Positions 22,019 through 34,175 are shown, numbered from the whole stretch's first letter. The stretch: 63,567 nt of DNA, filler included, from Cladosporium halotolerans (GCF_011745625.1; 28 parts of 28 records of this genome joined end to end with filler, not necessarily neighbours in it); one strand, 5' to 3'. The notes: a model not told the origin generated them from the sequence alone. A program made the numbers and translations.

Positions 22019-22968
22019 ACAGATTCTGAGCCTCTGCAACAGGTAAGGCCCGTCCGTGCGCCTGGGGAGCCTCTTTGTCGTGGACTGGCATTGCAATCTG
22101 ATCAGAGCAGCCGAGGACAGGCCGTCGAGGGTCCTCGAAGTAGGCGGAAATACTACCTAGAGCAGCATTCTCCGCGGCCTGACGGCCGTACCGGGAGGCT
22201 TCTGACGGCACAGGTGCAGTCAGCGGACGACAAGATGCTGAAACAGTAACTTACCTTGATTCTTCTCACATCTTGACAAGACGACCGTCACTTTTGCAAG
22301 GCCGTCAACTCTGCACAGCAGCAACGATCGGTGGACAGGCAGACTGCAATCAACGGCGCCTGCACACAGCGTTGTAGTGCGGACCAGCGTCCAGCAGTAA
22401 AGACCCAACAAGTGCCGTGAGAAGGAACATCGCACACCACTTCGCACATGTTGCCATGCCAATCATGTCGATCGCTTTTTGAAAATCTTCCCAACAACTG
22501 ATGGGCCACGTCTCGTGAAGTACAGCTCAACAACGCCACCCCTTTGCGTTTCTTGCCATGAAGGTCGATTGCTTCATTTCGCCAGGAAGGTAAGTTCAAC
22601 TCCGAGCGCTCCTCGCTGCGTGTCCTCTGCGGCATACTCCCCGTGACGCGCCCCTCTGGCACTCTGTTCACAGCAGCAAGTCCGATCAACTGTTAAATTC
22701 AACTGCGAGCGCTCCTCGTTGGGTGTCAAGTCTTAGGTAGTTATGGTTTCTAGCTTGCATTGACTTCACAAACCTCGTCAACGAGAGAAACACTCGTCGA
22801 TGAGAGGGATTACTCCTAATTTAAAGTCGGACTCTAATGCCTGATGTCAATATGCCGAGTATGCAAGATTCAACTGGACTATTGTCAAAGGCAACACCAT
22901 CGCTTGGCGCCGTGACTCTCAGTCTCCCTATCCGTACCTGAAGCCAGAGATCTGCCAAGCGGTTCAGG
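22019..22968 (+). repeat. Dispersed repeat, copy B (22466-22968 matches 1269-1910; 22019-22290 is the reverse complement of 29970-30248)
   Basis: Direct visual alignment; ORF-track peptides from the two copies are also near-identical (SRYGRQAAENAALGS). Confidence 0.9.
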
Positions 22969-22969
22969 C

Positions 22970-23066
22970 CCTCCGCTTTTCCGAAAGTTTTCGAATTTTG
23001 CCAAGCCATGGAGCCATCCGTCGCCGCGGAATGCTTCTCAATCGTACTGAGAATAATCAACAGACC
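22970..23066 (+). mobile_element. 5' end of the Tc1/IS630-like family inserted in repeat copy B
   Basis: CCTCCGCTTTTCCGAAAGTTTT..TTGCCAAGCCATGGAGCCATCCG resembles 19701-19751. Confidence 0.6.
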
Positions 23067-23166
23067 NNNNNNNNNNNNNNNNNNNNNNNNNNNNNNNNNN
23101 NNNNNNNNNNTTAATTAATTAANNNNNNNNNNNNNNNNNNNNNNNNNNNNNNNNNNNNNNNNNNNN

Positions 23167-24214
23167 TGATTTGGGAGACGATGGTTGGGATAAGCTTTGG
23201 ATCTTGAAGGCGGATTTCCTTGACAGCCATCAATTGGCCGGAGTCAAGATTAATAGCAGTGTAGACGGAACCAAATGTGCCGCCGCCAACAAACTGGCCT
23301 TGTTGCCAGCGAAGGTGCACATTGCCAGCCGAGGCGGAGAGCTGCGTCAATGCGCGGTCCGCCTCGTTCGAGTCCTCCAGCACGCGTCCCAGCGCCTGCC
23401 TCTCCGCCTCACGGTCCTTGCGCATCTGATCGATCTTGTTCAATTCATCCAGTCGCTGCGCGCGGACGACCTTACTGCTCTCCTCGTCGTCCTTGAGCCG
23501 GTTGTAGTCAAGCCTCGATTTGCCGACCATCAATTCCAAGCGCTGTTTCTCGGATTGCGCCGCAACAGTGCCCCTCGCTCCCATGATATCGAAGTGGCTG
23601 ACAAGTAAACTCATGCAGCGCGCCACCTTCTCTCTTAGCGTGACATACTCCGTTTCGCTGATAGCCATGATGCTTCGGCCTCTAGTCATCATCATTGCAA
23701 ATTCCAGCGCAACCACAGCCCATCGGAAAGTCTTGCGGTCACTCGCCACGCAGTCGTCGCAGATGAAGCTAACCCAGTCCATGGCAATATGCGTCATCTT
23801 CAACTGATGCATAGCCCGGCGCCGCCGATCCATGAATATCGCAGGTCGCTGTCCGAATTCCGTAGCAAAAGCAAAGCAAGTCTGAATCAGCTCCTGATTT
23901 TCCAGGCCGGCGGTCTGCCGGCGCACAATCTCCACGCTGTTCATTATGGTATTGCTGAGCTTATACGCGGTGTTGCGGATTATAGTAAGCTCTGACTCGA
24001 CGCGTTGTAGGTTTGCACGTTGCTTCACAAGGATATCCAATGACACGCCGGTGACTGCTGCGAAGGTAGCATTGGCGTTCGGGAGCCTCTGCCGACCGCC
24101 ATCCGCCACCACTCGTAACCGTCCAGTCTTGATACCCAGGTGAGGTAGCTGCACATCGCTGTCTATTCTTTCCCATCCCCAGTGCAAGGCTTGTTCGGAG
24201 CAAAGGATCAACAC
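23167..24214 (-). CDS. SSK2: Internal fragment of an Ssk2/OS-4-type MAP kinase kinase kinase
   Basis: DWVSFICDDCVASDRKTFRWAVVALEFAM, LLVSHFDIMGAR, WQQGQFVGGGTFGSVY..GQLMAVKEIRLQDP. Confidence 0.9.
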
Positions 24215-25260
24215 NNNNNNNNNNNNNNNNNNNNNNNNNNNNNNNNNNNNNNNNNNNNTTAATTAATTAANNNNNNNNNNNNNNNNNNNNNNNNNNNNNN
24301 NNNNNNNNNNNNNNCGGATGTGAGACACAGAGGCGGACACTAAAGGGACACAAGCTGAGGATTTGCGACAGTTTAGGCAAGCAACTCCAGACACAAGGAC
24401 CAAGCGAGCTCATCTCGTGCAATGAGCTCACAAAGACAAGCCTTGCGAAGCTCAGACTGCGTCAACAAGCATAATGCATGTGTCTCCTTTTATGTGTATG
24501 GAAGGTTGGCAAGACGGAAAAGGCAGCGCGCGGGGTCAATACCGGAGGTGACCAGCCTGTAATGGGGGAAAGAGGAGACGGGGTGAGACAAGGTGAGGAA
24601 GGTCAGCAGTTGTGACCACATGCGAGAGGCTAGGTACAAATTCTTGGTGGGTTGGATCTTCGTGAATATGCGCCACCAGCAGCCAAGGTCTCGACCGGAG
24701 CTTTTCACGAGATGATCGTGGTGGAATAGCTGCTCTCGAAATTTAGATAGTTGAAAACTTGGAATTTGGATCAAGCTGATGTTTGGCGTCAATCCTGCAA
24801 AGTTCGGGAGAACTGGTTTTGTTCCTTCTATGCTCCGTTGAGGTTCTTCCGCTTCAGCAAAGCAGCGATACCCCAATGCCAAAAGCACATTTTGAGCGAA
24901 GGTAGTTTGCTTCACCGATGGCCTAACGCCTGTCAATACCGACCCCGGAAATGGACGTCTCTGGGCACGTTGTTTTCAATCATCGATAGAAGGGCGGCGA
25001 AGAGTTTGACGCGATGGGCAAACGGGCACTTCTTCTCGCAAGCGCACTTCTTTTCGACTTTGTCACATACAGAGTCATTGTTAGCATCGTATTGTAGCGC
25101 AAAACGAGCTGCGTCAAAGCACGTACTTATCAACACCGGCGCCTCGCTGGCGGTTATGCCACCACGCCGAAGGCATGTCGCAGACCCCGCAGAAGGTGAT
25201 GTCTTCTCGACCAGGAACAGCGCGGACACCACCGAGCCAGTCGGAAGCGCTGCCGAATAC

Positions 25261-25357
25261 CAGTGGTGTCCACAAGCAAGCAAGCGCCATGCTTGAGGTC
25301 CGCCCGCTTGCTTGCTTGATTTGGGGTCGTGTGCTTGCTTGCTTGCTTGATTCGACC
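25261..25357. mobile_element. Putative hAT-like element end (CAGTGGTGTCCACAAGCAAGCAAG) with CAAG/CTTG subterminal repeats
   Basis: Related to 14736 and 17131. Confidence 0.55.
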
Positions 25358-25457
25358 NNNNNNNNNNNNNNNNNNNNNNNNNNNNNNNNNNNNNNNNNNN
25401 NTTAATTAATTAANNNNNNNNNNNNNNNNNNNNNNNNNNNNNNNNNNNNNNNNNNNN

Positions 25458-26492
25458 GGCTGAGTCCGCAACGGAAACAGCTGTGCGTGTCTTGATCGAA
25501 GCGTACCTCAAGCGTCGCGGAACAGCACCGCCCGTCATCGATCGCATATGAACCAGCCACTTCCGGCGTTCTGACCTTCTGCGAATTGTCCGCACGTTGA
25601 CTTTTGCACGGCACTCGACCTTCGGCCCAACACACCGGACAGTCTTCGACGAGCTCGCTGAGAACATGCTCCACCGTCGCCCTTGCATCGCTAGTCTGCT
25701 TCTGCTTTCGCTCGAGAGCGGTCCACCCGTCGCCGCAGTTGTCACAGCGGGCCAGTCCGCGCTCATCTGACACGCAGTCGTGCTCCAGACCGTCCAGAAA
25801 ACGACCGTTGATCTTCCGTCTGCAGCCGCGAGTCCGGACAAACTCCAGCATAGCTTGTTCGTCCGGGCTTTGCGTCTTGTATCGCAATCGATCGATCCGC
25901 CCTTCCTCCATGACGATCACCGAGTCGACGTCTTCCCCATGTCTGCCAGCCCGTCCGGATTCCTGTGCGAAATCGATCATGCCCCACGGAATGTCCACGT
26001 GAAGAACCAGCGTGATGCCCGGGAAGTCGACGCCCGTCCCCAGCGCCGATGTAGCGACGATCAAACCGCCGCTTTCCGCCCAGTCGGCAATCCTCTCCTC
26101 TCGACCGTCTGCCTCTGCGTGATAGTAGGCGCACCCGAGCTCGTGAGCAAGCGTTTCACACTGTGTGCGACTGCGGCAATAGACCACGCCCTTGCTTTTC
26201 GGGCTCGCTTTCGTCCAGCTGTGACATATTTCCATCACTCTACGCTCTAGCTTGCCCGGCTTGCATTCCTCGACCATGTATCGTGTCCGCAGCCTCGTCG
26301 TATCGGCACGTATGTAGCGGCAGAACTCGATCGACATGCAACGCTCGAGTTCGAACTGCATCAGCGGCGGCAGTGTCGCCGTCAGCAACACCATCGGACA
26401 ATTCAATCCTCGTAGACAGCTCAAACGAGCTAGCTTTGCCCGCCAATGATTCTCCTTGAAGATCAGATGACACTCGTCGATGAAGATGCGCC
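25458..26492 (-). CDS. RecQ-like helicase of the TLH type, helicase C-terminal region plus Cys clusters (partial)
   Basis: IFIDECH, LTATLPP, GVVYCRS, VATSALGTGVD, QESGRAGRHG, CRR..CDNC, CPVC, CFRC. Confidence 0.88.
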
Positions 26493-27723
26493 NNNNNNNN
26501 NNNNNNNNNNNNNNNNNNNNNNNNNNNNNNNNNNNNTTAATTAATTAANNNNNNNNNNNNNNNNNNNNNNNNNNNNNNNNNNNNNNNNNNNNGCTTCATG
26601 CTTCTCCTCGCCATTCCGAAGCGGTGTGAGGATCGACAGACGCTGCCAGCTAGGGCTGTTGATCCGCAGACGTCCAAACTCCGGGTCAGCAGGGCCACTC
26701 TTGCTGCCCTGCACGCAGATGCAAAACAGCAGCGTGTGTTACCTCCTCAGTGAGAGCTGTCCATTACACCACCAATGCAGTTCGACATGGGAGAGCCCGA
26801 ATAACCCGAGGCGGGCGGGAAGATCGACAGCGGTCGCGGCGTGTTCACCCCTCGCCCCTTTGGACAATAGGGAGGTTGACAATACCTCGGCCAAGGATTG
26901 AATGCTGACGAACCTCTTGTAGATTGTCGGCGTGGTCGCGAAGGACTTGATGTGCCACGACATATGCGGTTGCATGCGCTGATTTCGAGGGCTGCTCAGA
27001 GCCAGGAGCGATGGTCCTTTGCGACTGCAGGGCCTCCCTCTATTGTGGCCAATAACGCAGTCCGACCCCGCCGCTGGAGAGCCTCCGGAAGAATTCTGCT
27101 TGACCTTGCCCAACCATCATAGCACATGGCTCTCCGGTGCGGATTTTACTGTAGCATTGCCGTCCGCACGTCTGTCTGCATCGCCTGGAGGGCTTTGATC
27201 GGTGCCCGCGGGCGCGCTGTCCTTGCTTCCTGGAGCCACATGTCGAAAGGTCAACGGTGCAGCCGAGGTGTTAGTGGATTTCTTCTACCATCTTTGCATT
27301 GCCCCTATGGACAAGCTCGGAGCAGAAACAATTTTCCACGCGCCCGCGTGGACAGGAAGCTGTGTGGAAGTCCTCGGCGATTGCTGCATTACCTCGAAGC
27401 TGCTGACCGGGTTCACTCAAAGGCCTCCGTCCCAGCGTCACTAGTTCGTGGTGGTAAAGGAATGGCAGGGGCCTGCGGTCGACGTGGCGACCTGTCAACT
27501 CCTTGTCAGACCTCCCAACCCCGGCCCCGCCCCCGCCCCTCCTTTACAGAAGAAATTAGGTGACCAGATGGATCGCTCGCACGTGACGATGAGGACCTCA
27601 GCTGAAAGCTCGCCCGACGTCCGNNNNNNNNNNNNNNNNNNNNNNNNNNNNNNNNNNNNNNNNNNNNTTAATTAATTAANNNNNNNNNNNNNNNNNNNNN
27701 NNNNNNNNNNNNNNNNNNNNNNN

Positions 27724-28746
27724 GTCTTCCAAGTGCAGGGGTGGTGTCCCGTGCGGATACATCCTTGCACTAGCGCTACCACACGGTCTTCTGCCCACCG
27801 CCACAGCAGTCGCAGCGCTTTGAAGCCAATTCCATCTACGCCCGGGGCTTTGTTGACAGCCTGCGTGAATAGCGCTTCGCAGACCTGTTCCGCAGTCACG
27901 CCAACACTTGTATCGGGTATCTGGGTGCCCTCGTCGTCCACGGCTTGGGGTGGGAACGCCTGCGCCATGAAGATTACTTCTTTCTCCTCCGCTGTCGCCG
28001 CGATCTTGTCTGATTGGCCGTCAATGCCCGCCACCTTGATCGCTGGTGTGTATGACGGCACCTGCGGCTTGGTGTACCTGAGCGCTTGCCAGCATCTTGC
28101 AGGATCAGCTGCCACTTCCAAACCTCCGTCGGTCGGGAGGACTCCTTCGAGAAAGCGTTCCCAGGCCATCCTCTTGGCTCTCCGAACGTACGAGTAGTAG
28201 TCGTTCCTCGCCCTACGGTACTCGTCAAAACCAATGCGGCCATCGTTGTGAGCACGTCTAGCGCTTGAGAATAGCTTTCTCTGCTGTCTGACCTCGTCAG
28301 TCCACCAACGCTTCGATCGCGCCCTCGGCGCTCTGCCGGCGGCGTGTCTGTCCAGTACGTCTCGCAGGCTGTCTTGTAGCCATTGTGCCTCGGCTTCGAG
28401 CTCAGTCGGCGACGTGGCCCACGCATCGATCGGCGCTCTCCCTTCGCTCAGCTCTAGCCAGTCTTCACTTGCGGCTTCGAGCGTTTGCTCGTCTGCGTAA
28501 AGCCGATCAAGATCCCAATTGTGCGCGCATTCCTTCTTTCCCTCGAGAATGACTGCGTTGAGCGGTGTCCACTCAAACACAATCACTTCGTGGTCCGACG
28601 TTGTGGCCAGTGACTCGTCGATCTCCCAATTGATCAGTGCTCCAACTCCGCGGGTACTTAGAGTCAGGTCAATTACCGACCGGCAGTTCCTCCCACATCT
28701 CGTGGGCTGATGGTCGTTATTATTGATGATGAGCCCGTGCCTCTCG
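27724..28746 (-). mobile_element. Non-LTR retrotransposon pol: end of AP-endonuclease to start of RT
   Basis: SVIDLTLS..SDHEVI, RSKRWWT, KAPGVDGIGFKALR..HPCTWK. Confidence 0.9.
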
Positions 28747-29683
28747 NNNNNNNNNNNNNNNNNNNNNNNNNNNNNNNNNNNNNNNNNNNNTTAATTAATT
28801 AANNNNNNNNNNNNNNNNNNNNNNNNNNNNNNNNNNNNNNNNNNNNAGCGCTACAGCGGACGCGCCAGGAAGCCGCATGGGGCAACGTGGAAGTCGCAGC
28901 CTCCAGTCGCAATGACGACTCTCCAGACACGGACACGAGCGACATTGCCATCGACACGAACCATTGCCAGGCGGCAAATCCCAAAGGACGTCAGAAGCGC
29001 AAGTCTGCAAGATCTGCAAGATCAGGAAGCCCTTCGGCAGAGCAACTGCCTCACAAACCAGTTTCAAAAAACACGAGGAGGCAACGCCGCGTCACGGACC
29101 TCAATATCGACGGCAACGAAAAATTGAGCTCACAAAGCGGAGGAAACACTCGTCGAAGGTTGCGGAGGTCGGTCAGTTGGCTGGGTTGACGCCGTCAGCG
29201 GCAGAGACGCCGTGCACCTTCCCCGGGCATCAGGGAGACGGACTGACCTACGATCGTAGCCATTCCGTGTAGATGGGAACGGCGTGTTCGTACTGGGGGA
29301 CAGCCAGCAGTATCTTGCCTCACCACTCCATTCCGCGTGCGTCGGGCTTCGGGTTTTTTTAGAGTAAAATACTGTAACACATTATCAGCTTTCGTGTTGT
29401 ACCACGCCATGACACTACCGCCTTCGAAAGCATCTTTTGCTCTTCTGTAGCCACCCGCCTCCATGGCACGCCACGCGTGATCCCCGTCGTCCCACAGGAT
29501 GGCAGGTTTTGGGGAAGAGCACTTCTGCCATTTGATGTTTCGCCTTCACGTGACGAGGGTAGATTTGCCTGCGTGCGCGAGGTTGAAAGCAAGGTCAGGA
29601 GATCAGCTGCTTCGCACAACACAGCTCTGGCTGAGTTTTGTGGTTGCTAGAAAGCATTCCACGTGCTGCCAAGCATTACGGTT

Positions 29684-29869
29684 CCTCCGCTTCTCCGAAA
29701 GTTTTCGAATTTCCCAGATGGTCTTGGCTCTCACCTGTTTTGAGACGGAATCTGGGGGGCAGGAGCCTGTAATGTTGCACGAGAGGGTGACCTCTCGTTG
29801 ATATAAATTTTTGGGTCGATAGATTGTTATTCTTGTTTAGGCGCGCGGCCTGGTAGACCGGGCCTTTCT
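29684..29869. mobile_element. End of the Tc1/IS630-like family (same end type as 2339)
   Basis: CCTCCGCTTCTCCGAAAGTTTTCGAATTTCCCAGA..CTTGGCTCTCA..TTTTGAGA. Confidence 0.55.
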
Positions 29870-30485
29870 NNNNNNNNNNNNNNNNNNNNNNNNNNNNNNN
29901 NNNNNNNNNNNNNTTAATTAATTAANNNNNNNNNNNNNNNNNNNNNNNNNNNNNNNNNNNNNNNNNNNNAGTGACGGTCGCCTTGTCAAGATGTGGGAAG
30001 AATCAAGGTACTGTAAGTTACTGTTACAGCATCTTGTCGTCCGCTGACTGTGCCTGTGCCTTCAGAAGTCTCCCGGTACGGCCGTCAGGCCGCGGAGAAT
30101 GCTGCTCTGGGTAGTGCTTCCGCCTACTTCGAGGACCCTCGACGGCCTGTCCTCGGCTGCTCTGATCAGATTGCAACGCCAGTCCACGATAAAGAGGCCA
30201 CCCAGGCGCACGGACGGGCCTTAACCTGTCGCAGAGGCTCAGCATCTGTCTGGTCAAAGCACATGTGGCGTCCCGCTAAATGACGAAGGATGAACGAGGG
30301 CCTTCGCGCTTTATCACCGTGGCTCGCACGATCGTCCATGTGTCCAAGACCGTCCTAGTGACGGCCGTCTTGCACTTTCAAGTAGCGTTGCTGGCCCACC
30401 ATCGTGTCGCAATGCTCGCGTTGCCCTCACCTTTCTCTTTGCGGACCGCCAGACTGCCGCTGCACTGCACCCTCGCGGGATCCGG

Positions 30486-30981
30486 GTGATGCAGCAGTCC
30501 GTCCTGGCAAACAACATGCTTGTCCAACCGCTCTTGACCCCCGTCCCTTCAAGATCGGGGAGTACGATGTCCTCACGCCCATCTGTCGTCGACCCGCCGC
30601 GGTCGCAAACAACGCCTTCGGAACGTCAAGTTCACACGGCGCCGTTGCTCAAGCGCAAGCGCGATAAGCCAGACAATGGACAAGAGCCGATTGTGATCCA
30701 CGGCCAGAGCGCAACGTCGGAGCAGCTGTACTTCATCGATGACGATTCGATGGACAAAGCGTTTTTCTTACTCGTACAAAATAAATGGATCAACGACGAC
30801 TGTGTGAACTCGCTGCTGGAGATTTTCAATCCCGATCCGTCTGTCTGGCTCGTCTTCTCAACCCTCACAAACACGCAGAGTCGACCAAGTGACAGTAGGG
30901 CTTTCAACAAAAGCCCGTCCGATTCGCCGAAAAAGCTCATGATTCCTCTCCACCTGTCGAATATGCATCACTGGGTGTTGG
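30486..30981 (+). CDS. Partial Ulp1-like (peptidase C48) protease; start uncertain, 3' truncated
   Basis: KWINDDCVNSLL and LMIPLHLSNMHHWVL (catalytic His motif). Confidence 0.72.
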
Positions 30982-31081
30982 NNNNNNNNNNNNNNNNNNN
31001 NNNNNNNNNNNNNNNNNNNNNNNNNTTAATTAATTAANNNNNNNNNNNNNNNNNNNNNNNNNNNNNNNNNNNNNNNNNNNN

Positions 31082-32085
31082 TAGAAGATTTGGACAGTCC
31101 GTGCACACGGACAGTCAATGCACGCATTCCGCATTGTATCCAATGCAGGATATTTACTGTTCACGCTGCCAATTCGGCTCGAAATTGCGCAAAACTCACA
31201 ATACGAGGTCTTCGAGACGTTGCCGACCATTCTATTCATTTTCATTCCAACAGGTGCACGGGTACACGTAAAATTCTCCCCGACCTCGACCGGTGTGGTT
31301 CCGCTCCTTCTAGAGCACTTCTAGGACGCTCTACAGCTACGGTCTCTCTGGGCGCCCGTTGCTTCCTTGGTTTTCCCCTTGGTCTCTTATTCTGAGCTTT
31401 CAGGTCTAACTCAGCCTGTTTCCGGGCCTTTTTGGCTGCTTTATCTGCTTCCCTTTGAGCCGTCTGCAAAGCTTTGGCTGCCTTACGAGCGGCTTGAGCT
31501 ATAGCTCTGTCCTCACGCCTCTTCTGAGCTTCCTGCTCTTTCCTCGCCTTCGCCAGAGCTCTTTCTTGGATCCTCTGCTCTTTGTCGACCTGCTCTTGCT
31601 CTTTTGCTTGCTCTCTTTGGTCCTGAAGCTCCAGAGCAGCTTTGACCTTGCCGGGGCTGAACAAAATCGACCCAGAGCCCTCATCAGCTCTGAACTGCTC
31701 AATCAGCTTCTTGCCACGCTTCCTCTTCTTCTTCTCGTGCCTCAACGCCTCCATTGCCTGCTGCTTACCGACTTTCTCGAGTATTGCCTCCGTCTTGCTC
31801 TTTTGGAGGTCATCGCTGAGCCTCTTGATGATTTTTTTCGTCTTTCTGTCCACGATCTTGTTGATGAACCTTCTCAGCCTTCTTACCCCAGAAGGTGAGT
31901 CCAAATAAGCAGAAGGACTGCTAGAGAGCCCTTTGCTCCGCCCTCCTGGCCATGCTTCCGTCTGACTAGGTGGTCTGAGCCTGTCAACGATCAAGGCGGG
32001 ATCGAAGGGAAACAGGCCAGTCTTGCTCCAGCTTGATGCAATGTTATCATTTGTGAAAGCCGTGTGCCAAGCGGGATAGAAGCAT
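31082..32085 (-). mobile_element. pogo/Fot1-family transposon, 3' half: transposase C-terminus (stop 31242) and right TIR 31082-31125
   Basis: CFYPAWHTAFTNDNIASSWSKTGLFPFDP continues the 5' half; TIR matches 11124-11167 at 43/44. Confidence 0.92.
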
Positions 32086-32185
32086 NNNNNNNNNNNNNNN
32101 NNNNNNNNNNNNNNNNNNNNNNNNNNNNNTTAATTAATTAANNNNNNNNNNNNNNNNNNNNNNNNNNNNNNNNNNNNNNNNNNNN

Positions 32186-32702
32186 GGGGGGGATCGCGGC
32201 GGTGTATGCTGTGGCGGGGGAGGGGAATTTGGGGTACGTGAGGGGACTGGGGGCGGATAGGGCGTTTGGGTACGGGGATGGAGGGGTTGTGGGGAGGATT
32301 GTGGAGGCGGCGAGGCAGGATGGGGTGGTGATTAGGATGTGTTTTTTGGCGGTGGGGGAGGTGGGGTTGTGTCAGGAGGTGCTGGGGGCGTTTGCTGGGG
32401 ATGGGGAGGGAGGGAGGGGGAGGGGGAGGGTGGCGTCGGCGCCGATTCTTCCGCAGAATATGAAGGAAGTGGAGGGCGTGGATGTTGTGTTCGTGCAGCC
32501 TTCGACGGTCGAGGAGGAGAGGTTGGCTCAGTTCCGCTATTGGATGGGCACGTGGGTCACTGACAACCTCGCCAATGGGAAGATCAGGCCAAGTCCAGAA
32601 CCATACGTTGTGGGAAAGGGCCTGAAAGCTGTCAACACTGGGCTGGACATGCTGATCGAAGGAGTTAGCTGCAAAAAGCTGGTAGTTGAGGTCATGCAGT
32701 GA
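32186..32702 (+). CDS. Partial MDR-family (zinc-binding dehydrogenase / enoyl-reductase-like) oxidoreductase, C-terminus
   Basis: VYAVAG..YVRGLGADRAFGY, SPEPYVVGKGLKAVNTGLD..GVSCKKLVV. Confidence 0.85.
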
Positions 32703-34175
32703 TAGTCGGCGTCGAATAGCTGTCGTTCCATGGATCAACCTTCAACAAGTTCCAAGATTTAAGGTCTAGAGCGCACCGAGGACGAACTGCGGGAGGGCTC
32801 GTTTCAACTCGATCGTGCTTGCATCTTCATGCTTCTGAGCACCGCTGGTGGCTAGCATGCATGCTGCACATGTAGCCATCCTGCATAATCCAGCCTCTTC
32901 CAAGCGAGGGAGCCGATTGGTCGCACCTATAACCACACAATGTGAGCGGTGAAGGCAGGTATTGTCACGCGGTATCGCCAGGCGAATCGCGGTTTATCAG
33001 CTCGAAGCCGCGGCCCTTCTATAGACTCCGAATTACGGTCGAATGGTGTTGATGGCACGAGTTGTACCTGAAGATCGTTCAACACTGATCTCGACGCGAC
33101 CATGCCTCCTCCGTCGCAAGGCAAGCAAGACTTGTGCACTGGCTCCCCAGCCTTCAGGGCACCTGCAAGGCTGATGCACGTTGCGGTGATGCCGGCGCCA
33201 CCTATCTCACCCTTGGCGAGCTGAAGCACGCGAGAGCCATAGGTCTGGCAGTGGCGCTCGTTTGCCTCCCTCTGCACATGGCCAGCTCGGACTCTCCCGG
33301 CTGCAGGTCACCCGACGTTCATCGTAGATGTCAGCAGTTGTCAATGAATGCGTCGGATATGTCAGGACGTCATTGTGGGATGCGGTAGAAAACTCCGTCC
33401 GATTTGCACGTCTTTGTAGCGTCCGCGGACCAGGCCCAGCTCTGCCGCGACGTGCAAAGAAGGTTTCCCCCCATGCCGAGAGTCGGTTGCTTGACAGCAA
33501 ATCAACTTTCGCGAGGTCCACCCAGCCATCCTCAGCTACATGAGAATATTCCGGTGGCTGAACTACTCCACGCTTTCAGCCACCAATTATCTGAGCAAAG
33601 CGTCACGAATGTGCGATACGTGTGTGTGTGCAGCAAGCGAGCACGTCAATGTTTCCATGACTACTCGTACCAGACGTCAAAGCACAACCACGAGGAATGG
33701 AGAACCAAGAGAGACCCGGTGATCCACCATGTCAAGCTCCAACGTCCTGCGGGAGGTACATTCGAAGATACAAAGTAGCTTCTGCAAGCACCCGCCCGCC
33801 CAACCACCAAGTGCCGCAACCCTTGTAGGGCAGAAGCAGGTTACGGTCAGCCGCCCTGACGAGCACATCCGGAATTAGCTTTCCACACCTCGCAAAGCAA
33901 CAGGGCAACATCGAGTCCACCCAAGCGTCTGGCTGACGCGATCGTGGACCTTCGCATGCACGCGCGCCGCCAAAGGGTCTCGAGGTGTGGGTCGCCTCTC
34001 CCGCCATTGAGAATTATATAGATGCTCCCGCGTCTCCTGCCTCGCGCGCGAGATGGCTGGTATCGTGTCGTTTTGCCTCCCGCCTGCTGGCGCCTCTCGT
34101 TTGTTTTCTGAACCCACCTGCCAGCCTTCGAGGCTCACTTAGCACCGCGACTACTGCGAAACCGCAGGCGACGAG

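Larger units (their letters stand above)
1169..32185. other. 27 artificial 100-bp contig linkers (N44-TTAATTAATTAA-N44, stops in all six frames); first 1169-1268, last 32086-32185
   Basis: Identical spacer recurs every ~1.1-1.27 kb; intervening contigs fall in length from 1166 to 1004 bp. Confidence 0.98.

Noticed and set aside
1..32085. Treating the small contigs as one gene cluster or giant mobile element (e.g. a Starship)
   Set aside because: Order reflects contig length only; no DUF3435 captain-type gene recognised.
1169..32185. Regularly spaced TTAATTAATTAA as a biological repeat or CRISPR-like array
   Set aside because: Always centred in 44+44 Ns; an artificial six-frame stop linker.
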